Positions 1 through 13,300 of a stretch of DNA of 64,000 nucleotides are shown here, piece by piece. This DNA is from Haliotis cracherodii. Taxonomy: Eukaryota. The stretch's first letter is position 1, and each line of letters begins with the position of its first letter. The DNA lies in the NCBI RefSeq assembly GCF_022045235.1, contig NW_027266274.1:3100001-3164000 (forward strand), given 5' to 3'. Below the pieces are notes generated by a model that saw nothing but the letters and a program-made list of their open reading frames with translations, searched no databases and had not been told where the DNA came from. A program made the translations under genes and the position numbers.

Positions 1-283
1 TTAGACTGTGTTGAAACCGAGTACCACCTCCTACTTATTTGTCCATCGTATGTCAAGTTACGGCAACTATATCTCAAAGCAAAGATCTGTTGTCATCCTA
101 ACACTCATAAATTTAATATGCTTCTGTCATCACCAGATACATATATTATTACAAATCTAGCAAAATATCTATATTATGCTAATGAAGTAAGAAATGCGCA
201 ACTGAATGTTTAAAACCTGTCTGTACTCAACTTTTGTACACAAATGCCTGTGGCCTATATGTATTGGAAATAAAATGATTGAT
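1..283 (+). mobile_element. 3' end of a non-LTR retrotransposon (LINE) in a DNAJC25 intron
   Basis: Frame 1 from base 1 reads LDCVETEYHLLLICPSYVKLRQLYLK...NLAKYLYYANEVRNAQLNV* (stop 211-213), resembling the E-x-E-x-H-x4-C-x2-Y-x2-LR zinc-knuckle tail of LINE ORF2. It is followed by AATAAA and a short (TGAT) tail. Confidence 0.6.
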
Positions 284-355
284 AGGGGATATAGATGACT
301 CTGCTTGTTGATGTAAAATGAACTACATTAAAGATTAGTTTCATTTTTATTGCAG

Positions 356-1545
356 GCTTTGGAGGACTATGACAAAGAAAATTTCTTGGATTTAGAGTTA
401 TGGAAATGGGAAAATTTTGAGGTAAAGATTTTTTACTGTATTTTAAATCAAACTAGAAGATACTCACTTCATCAATAAAGTTATAGATAGTTAAACAGCC
501 CAGTTCAGATAGTTTTGTTCTGAGTTTGCTCTTGCCACCACACAGTGCTTGGACATCTGTGTATCTTTTGTGTAAAAGAAGAACTTTGTGGGAAATTTGT
601 GAAATGTGAAATATTATTTGATACATTGATGTGTCATGTCAATGGTCAAGGACACACATATTGAGAAACCAGTCAGGGGCTCTTGCTCACTCAGTTTTGT
701 TCAAAATGTAATGAAGTTTGCTGTATGTTTAGTACTTTTACATTTTGAACTTTTTTTGGTCATGCCCATAAATTCTCTAGAAATATATTTTTTGGCTCTG
801 TAAACATATTCTCCTCTGAAATTATGAGACTGAAGAAGATCCACTTTGGCATCTGTGTTTCTGCCTCTGATTACATCTCATTTTGTTCCAATCCTTAGGA
901 TTTAAGCAGCTTTTTGTAAGTCCTCAGATTTTTTAGGCAGACACTATTTGTATATGCTGATCGCAACTGTTATTAATTGGCTGTCCTTGTTGACATTTAA
1001 ACTGTGGACTACATAAGCAGGTGAGCTACAGTGTCTGTTCATGATTTTTCTCGCCAAGCCAATGCAGTGTTCCTGTTTACCGGTTATTACCATTTTTTTA
1101 CTGGTAAAATTAGGCTTGGACAGGTGTCAGTTTCCAGTGGACTGGCAAATAAAGTACCTAACATCATACAAAGACGTATATATACAAAATATTGGTGATA
1201 ATCAATAAATTATATTTTTCGAATGAAGTCAGCTTGTCTTTTATCATCAGGGTTTCCTGTTGTCTATTTTCAGTGCAACAAACTGCAATGTACCCTGTGT
1301 GTCAGACAGACTTTAAATTTATATTTACTGCCAAGGTTACAAGCCAAAATGTTTGGATGATGCTTGAGAGAAATTGTTATGATTTGTGATATGTGTGTAC
1401 ATTGTGTATATTGTGTGTGCAGGTGTGGAGGGAAGATCAGGAAAATGAGAGGAAGTCGAAGCTGGCAGAGAGTGCCCGCTACAAGAGCTATAGGCGCTAT
1501 ATGAAGAAGGGAGGAGCAGGCCAGATTTCATTCGGGCCAGAGTAG
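356..1545 (+). CDS. DNAJC25: DnaJ homolog subfamily C member 25, last two coding exons (5' part outside window)
   Basis: Exon 356-421 (ttgcag|...|gtaaag) gives ALEDYDKENFLDLELWKWENFE. Exon 1423-1545 (tgcag|) gives VWREDQENERKSKLAESARYKSYRRYMKKGGAGQISFGPE*. The in-phase join resembles the DNAJC25 C-terminus as I recall it (ELWIKENYEVYKQEQEEE...RWKRYRRWMKNEGPGRLTF). Confidence 0.85.
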
Positions 1546-1564
1546 TCAGCAGGTGCTTCACACG

Positions 1565-1577
1565 CCACCGCCACCAC

Positions 1578-1609
<32 letters not shown>

Positions 1610-1610
1610 C
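1565..1610. repeat. (CCA)n/(CAT)n microsatellite just after the DNAJC25 stop codon
   Basis: ccaccgccaccaccat followed by about 10 CAT units. Confidence 0.9.
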
Positions 1611-2201
1611 ATGTCAGAACTATTTTGCCAAATCAGAATGTGTGTGAGAATGTACACAGAAGTGTATGGAGGAGACGAAGCAGACATCACCTGCCGTCCA
1701 TCTTCCAGCCCACAGCTGATGTCAAACACATTTTATTTTTAAGGATAATTAGAAACAGTTATAATAGTTATATATAAACAGTTATAATTCTTGTGTGTAG
1801 CAGATAGCGGATCTAGATACCAAACTGAGATTACTCAGCCACGTTTTTAAGAAACATTTGTAGATCAGCCAGATTTTTTTAGAGACAAATACATTTATTT
1901 ATGTATGATCTCAGGAAATAGGAGATGGATAGCCATGTTCAGCAGTGTTATGTTGTCTCACTTGACGGGAATGTAAATGCAACTAACCATTCAGCTATCT
2001 GATTGAGGTGTATCCTCGGCAGTAGTCAGCATGCCTGTTTCTGCTCCATCCTCTCCAGAAAGGGACTCTCAGTGACAATTACCTGATAATAGTGATAACA
2101 TATTGTAATTCCCATCTTCAGATTCTGGCCGTTAAGCCTCGGTTGTGGATGAGGCAACACATGGTGTCCCAGAGATGTCCATGAGGTGCAATATGTGTTC
2201 A

Positions 2202-2877
2202 GCACACCTTCCCCAGTGTTCCTCTTTCCTCTGCTGAGACTAGTGTATTGCACACCTTCCCCAGTGTTCCTCTTTCCTCTGCTGAGACTAGTGTATTGCA
2301 CACCTTCCCCAGTGTTCCTCTTTCCTCTGCTGAGACTAGTGTATTGCACACCTTCCCCAGTGTTCCTCTGTCCTCTGCTGAGACTAGTGTATTGCACACC
2401 TTCCCCAGTGTTTTTCTTTCCTCTGCTGAGACTAGTGTATTGCACACCTTCCCCAGTGTTCCTCTGTCCTCTGCTGAGACTAGTGTATTGCACACCTTCC
2501 CCAGTGTTCCTCTGTCCTCTGCTGAGACTAGTGTATTGCACACCTTCCCCAGTGTTCCTCTGTCCTCTGCCGAGACTAGTGTATTGCACACCTTCCCCAG
2601 TGTTCCTGTCCTCTGCCGAGACTAGTGTATTGCACACCTTCCCCAGTGTTCCTCTGTCCTCTGCTGAGACTAGTGTATTGCACACCTTCCCCAGTGTTCC
2701 TCTGTCCTCTGCTGAGACTAGTGTATTGCACACCTTCCCCAGTGTTCCTGTCCTCTGCCGAGACTAGTGTATTGCACACCTTCCCCAGTGTTCCTCTGTC
2801 CTCTGCTGAGACTAGTGTATTGCACACCTTCCCCAGTGTTCCTCTGTCCTCTGCTGAGACTAGTGTATTGCACACCT
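2202..2877. repeat. 48-bp minisatellite, about 14 copies
   Basis: Unit cacaccttccccagtgttcctctgtcctctgctgagactagtgtattg; source of the periodic ORFs at 2026-2951. Confidence 0.95.
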
Positions 2878-5800
2878 CATTTCACTGTGTGCACACTGTT
2901 TATATATTTCAAACCTTCAAGATGATTTTTTGTAAACACAAATATATTTAATTTTAAGTGCATGCCTCACTTATCTGGACTCAAAAACTACTTAACCATT
3001 TCTTGGAGAATGCTTTGATGTGATAGGCCAATAGAGCTTTCGAAAAATTTCATGTTTCTCTGATTTTAAATAAACAACAGACGTGCTTCAGTTGAGGCAA
3101 ATGTCCAGGACACCCGAGAGTTTGACATCAGCACACTTCATCCCTGAATGATGTCACAGGTATTATTTCACCATTATAATGTGAAGGCCCACTGTTTGTG
3201 AAAGGTTGCACAAGATAGTGTGTATGACTAAATTAATTTTAGAGCTATTATTTTACTGTATTTGATCTAATATATTGTAAATTCTTCGTGATGAGAGACA
3301 GAGACAGTTTTGTGTGTTTATAAATCACTGCGCTCACTGTAGTTGCCAGATTTAATTTTGCCATTTTAGATGTCAATTGAATTCATCCTTAAAATGATGT
3401 TTTGAACCAAGCAATCATGTTTTGGAAATTTGGGGTTGGGGATTGTCATATGACATTTTAAAATTTGAAAACAGTCATGTCAGTCAGTCAGTTTTTGTGA
3501 ATACATATAATTATTTCTCCTTTGATATGCTTGGCTTGAAGTTTGTAGGGGTCTTTGGCCTGTTATTTTGTTATTGTAATCAATCAGTTATTTATAAACT
3601 ACTCCTCAAGATTGATTACATACTGCTATTTTTCTTTTAGTGTAGGGTCTCACTCAGTCAGTGTATAGATTAGTATGATCATGTCGCCAGCTGTTTAGCT
3701 CTCAGTACAGAACCCGGTCCACAGACCTGTTCTAGCCTAAACCTGACTGTACCCTTACACAGACAATGGAATGAAGGAAATTATCCTGTACAATTCTGTC
3801 ATGCATGAGAATCTCCGGTCCAACATTCACACAACTATAGTTTTGTAACATGTATGAATGGATTAAAAAGGACAATGTTCACTATATATTTTCTATTTCT
3901 CCTCCACTCTTCTTGGTTACATGGAAACAGCAAATGAAACTTGAGTTTTGTGGATCTGAAACAGGACTAAGTGGTTTGAGAGGGGTTTTTTCTCAGAATT
4001 TCCAAATTCTTTTATTTGTGGCTATCAGATAGTCCTCCTCCTTCCCCCTTGTGTTTGTGTGGTGTGGTGATATGCTGCCAGCCCATTGCCTGCCCAGCAT
4101 CCTCCTCCAAGACTAGCTGCTGCGGCACCAGCTGGGTGTCAGTCAGGTATTGATTGCACCACTCACAATTCAACATGTGTAAATGATAACATATGAACAT
4201 GTATTGATCCTGTCCGCTTTGTGAGGAAATTGATGAAATTTGAGGTGAATTGTTGAACAGGTGTCGGGTCCATCAAGGGTGGTCAGTTCACCAAGACTAA
4301 ACTCTCACCAAACATTTCGCCACAGGGCTGCTCAGTATGTTCATGAGCATGAGATGACTAGCCACATTGGAGATTGCCAGTGATCCTTGAGTCTAGTATT
4401 TTCAGTGGGGCTAGGTTGTTCCCTTGTTGGGGTGGTATGTGTGATAAGGAAGACAAGAGTTGACATGGATTTCGGTACAGATGCTAGTACCTTAAGGTAC
4501 TTGACAAAGTTATCAGCATCGGTGCCACATCGCGTTGAAAGAGTAATGAAGTAGAAATCCATATGTACAACAGCTTCTGAAGTGTACTTATTGACAGTTA
4601 ATGAAGGACTATCTACAACCATGCTCCACTAAGTTGTAGGGGGATCTACAGATTAACTTCAAACACAAGTTGTATAGACAGGAAATAGCACAAGTAGCAT
4701 CATTCCATTAAAGTTTGTAGAAAAAGCAATCATGTATTCATGACCCACTACAAATATGCTGTAGAAAACAGTACATTTGAACCGTGTAATTTGAAACCAA
4801 AAGCTAGTTATGCTTTCAGCACCAGGTAGATTTAAATTTGAATTTTGGGCCAATGAAGAGGTTGGAGATAAAGAGTCACTGGTAGACATGCTCCTGTTCC
4901 CCGAGCTGACAGCACAGGCAGTACACACAGCAGATGCTCCATGTTGTTGTACAGAGAAATGTTGTCATGTGTTTAAGACACTACATAAGGATACCACATT
5001 GAGATAGGATTAACAAGAAACATTCGGTGCATTCAAATAAGTACTTACAACCGTTAGAATGTTTATAAGCAATATTTGAGGAACCTTGAAATGTTATTTT
5101 ACTTCATTTCTGCATAATAGGAAGGAATTGCTTACAAAGTACAACATTGGTTCTCAGGTGGTATTCCTGAAACAAAGGTAATTGCCCAAGAACCGAGTGC
5201 TTTTGTCTCTTTGTCAACCTATTTATGATTATACATTCTCTTCAATTGAGTTTGTGGGTTTAAGTTATTGTTAATTCTTTTTTTTAATTTAAACACATTT
5301 GAACACTGTTTTGAAAAGTTTCTCAAAAGAATTTTGAATTATTAATAAAAGAAACGATGAACTGGTATTTTGACCATGATCGTGATGCATGTTAGGGTCA
5401 TATTTGATTCGACTAATCAGGGCATTTTTGTTTGAGACAACTAAAAATTTAACACATCTGCTTCAACTGATCAGAGATCAGATAAAGATAACAATTGAAG
5501 GAATTTGAGTTGAACGATTCTGATTAATAGTTGTATGTCTTGCTTGTGCACTTGTTAACTTGTGCACTTCACTAACCAGAGGAATAACCTTTGTCTAAAT
5601 ATTGACTGTATAGATCACGGAGGTGGGTTAGTCAAGAATATATAATAATGCTCTTGTAGATGTATGAAAGTGAGGTATTTGAGAGGTGAGGGGTTGTTCA
5701 TGGATGCATGTTTGCTTCACATTTGATCATCATGTGTTCAGCATACACCATTGTTGTTTTTGTTGGGTAAGATTTCTTTTTCATGTTGTATTATTCAACA

Positions 5801-5924
5801 CCATTACTGAAATAAAATGTTTTATCCATATTTGTTGTTATAAGCTCACAAGACTGGTGAATATGCACCACAGTAATATTTAAGCTATGTGAATGGGTCT
5901 GTAAATAATAGGGTCTGTGCCATC

Positions 5925-6690
5925 AGGCTCACCGGTGGTTGATATCATGGGCAATGATGTCCCTGGTCGGGTCTGAGCCAGGCACACCGATTGTTCATAT
6001 CATAGGCAATGATGACCCCAGTCAGGTCGGAGCCAGGCACACCGATTGTTCATATCATAGGCAATGATGACCCCAGTCAGGTCGGAGCCAGGCACACCGA
6101 TTGTTGATATCATAGGCAATGATGTCCCTAGTCGGGTCGGAGCCAGGCACACCGATTGTTGATATCATGGGCAACAATGTCCCCAGTCAGGTTGGAGCCA
6201 GGCAAACCGGTGGTTGATATCATCAGCAACAATTCCCGAGTCAGGTCAGAGCCAGGCACTCTGGTGGTTGATATCATGGGCAATGATGTCTCTAGTCGGG
6301 TCGGAACCAGGCACACCGGTGGTTGATATCATCAGCAACAATTCCCCAGTCTGGTCGGAGCCAGGCGCACCAGTGGTTGATATCATGGGTAATGATGTCT
6401 CTAGTCGGGTCGGAGCCAGGCACACCGGTGGTTGATATCATGAGCAATGATATCCCCAGTCAGGTCAGAGCCGGGCACACCGGTGATTGATATCATGGGC
6501 AATGATGCCCCCAGTCAGGTCAGAGCCAGACACACCGGTGGTTGATATCGTGGGCAATGATGCCCCTAGTCAGGTCGGAGCCAGGCACACCGGTGGTTGA
6601 TATCATGGGCAATGATGCCCCCAGTGATGTTCGAGCCAGGCACATCGGAGGTTGATATCATGGGAATTGATGCCCCCATGCAGGCACAAT
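5925..6690. repeat. ~59-60-bp diverged minisatellite, about 13 copies
   Basis: Unit like gagccaggcacaccggtggttgatatcatgggcaatgatgtccccagtcaggtcg. Confidence 0.9.
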
Positions 6691-7359
6691 GACTCGGGTA
6701 AAACATTGTGACTACCAATCCTCATGTTAGTTGATTCTTAGTTGACAAGCATTGGGTGCTGGGCACCTACTCTGATCCATACAACTCAAGGTTGGAAAGG
6801 GAAGAGACACTGTCTCAATGTAGAGAAGGTAGCCAGTAATAGCTAACTTCAGCAAGAATTTGCCTTTATATAAGTTTAACACATAGTTTATGAAGCTGCC
6901 ACCCAGTGGTATAACTTCCTTTGTGACCATGCCCCAAGAGATTAGATTGTCTGATGCACAAACGAACATACTGGTTACACATTGGAAACATCTCTTCTGA
7001 CCATATATACTTCGCTATATGTTTCTACGGTTCATGTTTCTTTTACTGATGAGTATATGTTTCTGATTTTGTACTAAGTACCAGCCATCATGTCATCTCG
7101 TACCGGTAGCAAGACATTCAGTGAATGGTAAACTGTAGGACCCTTCCTCTGGAACAAACTCTCACTTGACAGAAGATCAGCAGAAAAACTTTGCACTTCC
7201 AAATTCAGATTAAAGACACATCTCTTCAATGAAGCCTTCAAGATGTCAATATAAGTATTTTGGAAGTGTTCAAGCAGCTTTGTGTACACTGGATTATAGT
7301 GTTATATAAATATATATAAGTACACACACCTACAACTGGGCGTTCAAAAGGTTCGGTGG

Positions 7360-7850
7360 CCAAATCTTCCCAGTTGAGGTTTGAGTCTTGAACTTGTTAG
7401 GTGCAGAAGGTGTTTGATGATTCAGTTTTGATCGCTGGATCCCCGTGATGAACACACATCTCGTCACACGTTGCCATACATGACAAGGTTCTTGAGTACC
7501 CATCTAGCCTCATACATACCAAGATGCTGATTAAAGATTTAAATGCAACCCACTGAAACCTCAAATTCACCATTCATTATCTTCTTTCCCACAGCAGCTA
7601 TCATTTCAGGAGTTGTAACCTCTGACAGTTTTATTGACAGATATTATTGAGGGACTTTCCACCATGTTTAAACTCTACTCCATCAAGTTACTGTTCTGTA
7701 ATAAGGGTCATAATTCCCCCATCATGTTGATCCTTTGATCGTGTAGACCAATGCTAAAAATCCCTTCATGACTGCCCTTTTCTCTGACATGCTGAAATCT
7801 ATTATGGAGACACCCTTGCTTTATATGGTGAACTATTTCTTCTGTGTTTG
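7360..7850 (-). mobile_element. Highly decayed CR1/L2-like LINE RT fragment (possibly continuing near 4050-4330)
   Basis: Minus-strand remnants IIDFS...IKGST...LDGV and LNWE resemble the LINE RT motifs DFSKAFD / GI.G...WI / LDG, with many stops. Weak evidence. Confidence 0.3.
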
Positions 7851-7884
7851 AAATACTACTTTCATATCTGTCAGCATGTACTCA

Positions 7885-9400
7885 GCATATGACCGACCAT
7901 CACCTGCATATGACTAGCTACTACACTCGTATGACTAGCTACTACATGCATATGACTGACCATCACCTGCTACTGCATGCATATGACTGACCACCACCTG
8001 CATATAACTAGCTACTGCATGTATATGACTGGCTACTACATGCATGACTGACCATCACCTGCATATGACTAGCTACTACACTCGTATGACTAGCTACTTC
8101 ATGCATATGACTGGCTACTACATGCATGACTGACCATCACCTGCATATGACTAGCTACTACACTCGTATGACTAGCTACTTCATGCATATGACTGGCTAC
8201 TACATGCATGACTGACCATCACCTGCATATGACTAGCTACTAAACTTGTATGACTAGCAACCACCTGCATATGACTAGCTACTGCATGCATATGACTGGC
8301 TACTACATGCATGACTGACCATCACCTGCATATGACTAGCTACTGCATGCATATGACTGGCTACTACATGAATATGACTGACCATCACCTGCATATGACT
8401 AGCAACTGCATGCATATGACTAGCTACTACATGCTTATAACTGGCTACTACATGCATGTGACTGACCATCACCTGCATATGACTAGCTACTACACTCGTA
8501 TGACTAGCTACTACATGCATATGACTGACCATCACCTGCTACTGCATGCATATGACTGACTACCACCTGCATATGACTAGCTTCTGCATGCATATGACTG
8601 GCTACTACATGCATATGACTGACCATCACCTGCATATGACTAGCTACTACACTCGTATGACTAGCTACTTCATGCATATGACTGACCACTTCATGCACAT
8701 TCCTGGCTACTACATGTGCATGACTGGCTACTACATGCACATGACTGGCTACTACATGCACATGACTGGCTACTACATGCACATGACTGGCCACTACATG
8801 CACATGACTGGCCACTACATGCACATGACTGGCTACTACATGCGCATGACTGGCTACTACATGCGCATGACTGGCTACTACATGCACATGACTGGCTACT
8901 ACATGCACATGACTGGCTACTACATGCATATGACTGGCCACCACCTGCATAAGACTGGCTACTACATGCATATGACTGACTACTACATGCGCATGACTGG
9001 CTACTACATGCACATGACTGGCTACTACATGCATATGACTGGCTACTACATGCACATGACTGGCTACTACATGCATATGACTGGACACCACCTGCATATG
9101 ACTGGCTACTACATGCACATGACTGGCTACTACATGCATATGACTGGCCACCACCTGCATATGACTGGCTACTAGATGCACATGACTGGCTACTACATGC
9201 ATATGACTGGCCACCACCTGCATATGACTAGCTACTATATGCACATGACTGGCCACCACCTGCATATGACTGGACACCACCTGCATATGACTGGCTACTA
9301 CATGCACATGACTGGCTACTAAATGCACATGACTGACTACTACATGCACATGTGCTACTACATGCACATGACTGGCAACTACATGCAGATGACCGGCTAC
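7885..9400. repeat. 21-bp minisatellite, about 70 units with variants
   Basis: Units atgcacatgactggctactac and ctgcatatgactggccaccac; source of the HVVASHM/MTGYYMH ORFs. Confidence 0.95.
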
Positions 9401-10398
9401 TCGTATAATGAGTGAGTGAATAGTATTTCAGTTAGCCACTATTTTGAGTGCTTTGGACATAGCTTGGAAAATCTTCTTCTTTTTTTTATTCATTAATCAT
9501 GTGACGGTAAATGATCCTTAAATACAAATAATTTGTGCAACCCTCCACTCATGCTTATCCGTTTTATTTATGGACATTTTTGTAACAGCAAAACAAAACA
9601 TCTTCATGACACTGCAGTAGGATGGAACCATATAAATCTCCCAAGAAATCACCACATTCATGTACAAATAGAACTTGTTGTTAAACCACAAATTTATTCA
9701 TTTTGTAAACTGCACTTAACAACAAGTGGTACAAGTGTTTCTTGTGTTCAATAGAAAGGTGTCTGTCTCTTCCACATCACCTCACCATTACAAGGTGACT
9801 GTTTACATTGTGGACTTAATAAGCCAGGAGCATATTTCATGGCACTTACAAGTGATAAAATCCTCTTCTGCAAAGAAGGAGAATGTCCCACTTTACTGCT
9901 CTAAGTGAGTGAGGACACGGTATCTCTTTCCTTGTGTGTAGCATCTGATTTTGGCATTGCTTGGTACTTGATAAACACAGTAATACGACACGTCACGAGC
10001 AGCTTCAGCCAGTCATGACACAACGGGCTAACAAGGAGCCCTCACAAAACAACCATCAGAAATGATGGTCCATGCCTGACAATCTAGTGGGACAGTTTGT
10101 TGGAGTAACAACACTTGGGGTATACTTAACTCAAGACATTTATCTAGGACGTTTTTCAATCACAATGACAAAAACAGGGAATATATGCCTGGTGACTGTG
10201 CTGTCTTAAACATAAAAGTTGTGACATGGCTCTCAGGAACTGGATTTGCTTGGACTTTAGTTTTCTTGGTTGTCACATCCTATTGTCTCATCCTAATATT
10301 TTCAGAACAAAAGTTGTTCAATGCAAAGGGAAATCACAAGAGGACACTGTGCCCCATGAATCACTCTCTGTCCCTGTGAGTGGCCATGCTCAGACAGG

Positions 10399-13300
10399 TC
10401 ACTTTTGTCGCTGGACAATCACTGCATTCAATAGCTTAGCATCCTCTAGTGTCACCGACTCCTCAGTCAGTTCTTTATTTGGGAAGGTTGTCATCAACAC
10501 GAAGTTCACCCCCGCATACTGAGGATGGGATCTTACACGAGTCAAGGAAACACACAACAGCAAACATGTCAAGACTAACACATCGTAGCTCACCTGGCTG
10601 AATCAGAGACATCAGTGGTGGCAGTTACATACTTGTGAAGTGTTTAAAGCTGAATACAGTGATATTGTTAGTCCCTGAAATCATTAAGTGTGATTGTAGA
10701 GGGTAATGAATGCTCTTATCAATTCAAACGCTATCTGTTTCACGGGCCTTTTGACATAAATGCAAACAGTCAGTTCTTTGAACATGAGTTCCAGTGCGAC
10801 CACATGTGATGGTTAGATGGTCCCACATAACAGACAGGACAACATCAAAAGCTATTCTAATTGCTCCAATGTAATGAGTTGGAAGTCACATGGAATGGAA
10901 CAAGTCATGGCTGTCAAGTTTTAAAATGAAATCTCAAACTGACAAAGCACATGCAATATATGTCTTCTCCAAGCATGGAGAGAATGTAGGAGCTGGGACC
11001 CCATCTCTCACAGGCTCATCCATATGTGTTCAGATAATGTTAACAGATCTAGATGGAACTAAATAGCTAAACCAGAGACAGAAAGGATACGATATAATGT
11101 AATTTCTAATATCGCTGATCCTGTGACTGTGATTAAACTTGGCAACCAGTCTGAAAATAAAATACAACAATGAGTAAGACATAACCCTATTAATCTAAAA
11201 CAACTAGCTTCCCACAAAGGGAGTGACATGCAACACAAGCAGAGTGTACAGAGTGTTCAAATACAGGATTACTGCCATCACGTTTCTCGTACAATTACAA
11301 AAATCTTCAAATGGTAAATGTTTGCCTAATATCCTGTTTGGGTAACACAATTCCTAGTGGTTAAAGTTGAACCTTGCCCCATAGAATCCTTACTGGCAGT
11401 ATGGTCTAATGGCCCCACTTCACTTTATGTGTGGACAACACGGTAAATGGATGAGAATGAGGTTTCAACTATACAGTACTGTGGCTCACTTGGTAACACA
11501 TCATCAATACTTTAAGTGGTGTACACACTACGCCCCTCCAGTGAATACATTTAGCTGATATGTCATGTTGTGGAGACGTGTTTATTTTCAGTTTTCTATG
11601 TAAACTGAGCACTCAGTAGTCTGGGCACCTGCTGGATTCCCCCTTGCTGGAACCAGGCTGTCAGTTGATTAGTTGGTGAAAAATAGCAACTACATCCCAA
11701 CAGGGTCACTGAAGACATTATGGTCACTGTAGTCAACATGGTCAATGTGGTCCCCATTGTCAACGAATGTAACATATCACATTGTTATGTTAACATTTTT
11801 GTTTTGACAAACCTTGATCCATCTGCGAGTCGGATCTGTATGCTGGTTGTGGGTTTGGAGGTGTCAACTGCAACGGCTGCCTGCTGCGCTGTGTTGTCAT
11901 TGACTGCGCTCGCCCCTGCTGCTTCAGGTGGCTTTGATGCCAGGTTGGGGACAGGGCTGAAACAGATATCACATGGTACAATATGAAGGGTGTGATATGT
12001 GCTGAGGTGAAATAGGGTTTAACAGGTGAGGTAAGGTGAAATGGGGTTTAACGTCGCATACAAGATAGCGACATGCATGTACGTGTGTGTGTTTGTGTTG
12101 CTGCTTGTACTAGTCCATACTGATGCCGATTTATAGTGCTAGCTAACTGAGATACCATGCCACAGTTTAACATAAATACCCCACTCAGATAATGCATGTG
12201 TCAAGGTGTAGGCAACAGTTCAGTATGATGCATGTGTCAAGGTGTAGGCAACAGTTGAGTGTGATGCATGTGTCAAGGTGTAGGTGACAGTTGAGTGTGA
12301 TGCATGTGTCAAGGTGTAGACAACAGTTCAGTGTGATGTATGTGTCAAGGTGTAGACAACAGTTCAGTGTGATGCATGTGTCAAGGTGTAGACAACAGTT
12401 CAGTGTGATGCATGTGTCAAGGTGTAGGTGACATTTCTGTGTGATGCATGTGTTAAGGTGTAGGCAACAGTTGAGTGTGATGCATGTGTCAAGGTGTAGA
12501 CAACAGTTGAGTGTGATGCATGTGTCAAGATGTAGACAACAGTTGACTGTGATGCATGTGTCAAGGTGTAGGTGACAGTTGAGTGTGATGCATGTGTCAA
12601 GGCGTAGGTGACAGTTGAGTGTGATGCATGTGTCAAGGTGTAGGTGACAGTTCAGTGTGATGCATGTGTCAAGGTGTAGACAACAGTTGACTGTGATGCA
12701 TGTGTCAAGGTGTAGGTGACAGTTGAGTGTGATGCATGTGTCAAGGCGTAGGTGACAGTTGAGTGTGATGCATGTGTCAAGGTGTAGGTGACAGCTGAGT
12801 GTGATGCATGTGACAAGGTGTAGGTGACAGTTCAGTGTGATGCATGTGTCAAGATGTAGGTGACAGTTCAGTGTGATGCATGTGTCAAGGTGTAGACAAT
12901 GTTCAGTGTGATGCATGTGTCAAGGTGTAGGTGACAGTTCAGTGTGATGCATGTGTCAAGGTGTAGGTGACAGTTCAGTGTGATGCATGTGTCAAGGCAT
13001 AGGTGACAGTTGAGTGTGATGCATGTGTCAAGGCGTAGGTGACAGTTGAGTGTGATGCATGTGTCAAGATGTAGACAACAGTTGAGTGTGATGCATGTGT
13101 CAAGGCGTAGGTGACAGTTCAGTGTGATGCATGTGTCAAGGCGTAAGTGACAGTTCCATGTGATGCATGTGTCAAGGCGTAGGCAACAGTTCAGTGTGAT
13201 GCATGTGTCAAGGTGTAGACAACAGTTCAGTGTGATGCATGTGTCAAGATGTAGACAACAGTTCAGTGTGATGCATGTGTAAAGGCGTAGGTGACAGTTC

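Noticed and set aside
8275-9367. His/Val/Met-rich ORFs
   Set aside because: Artefact of the 21-bp repeat between convergent gene ends.
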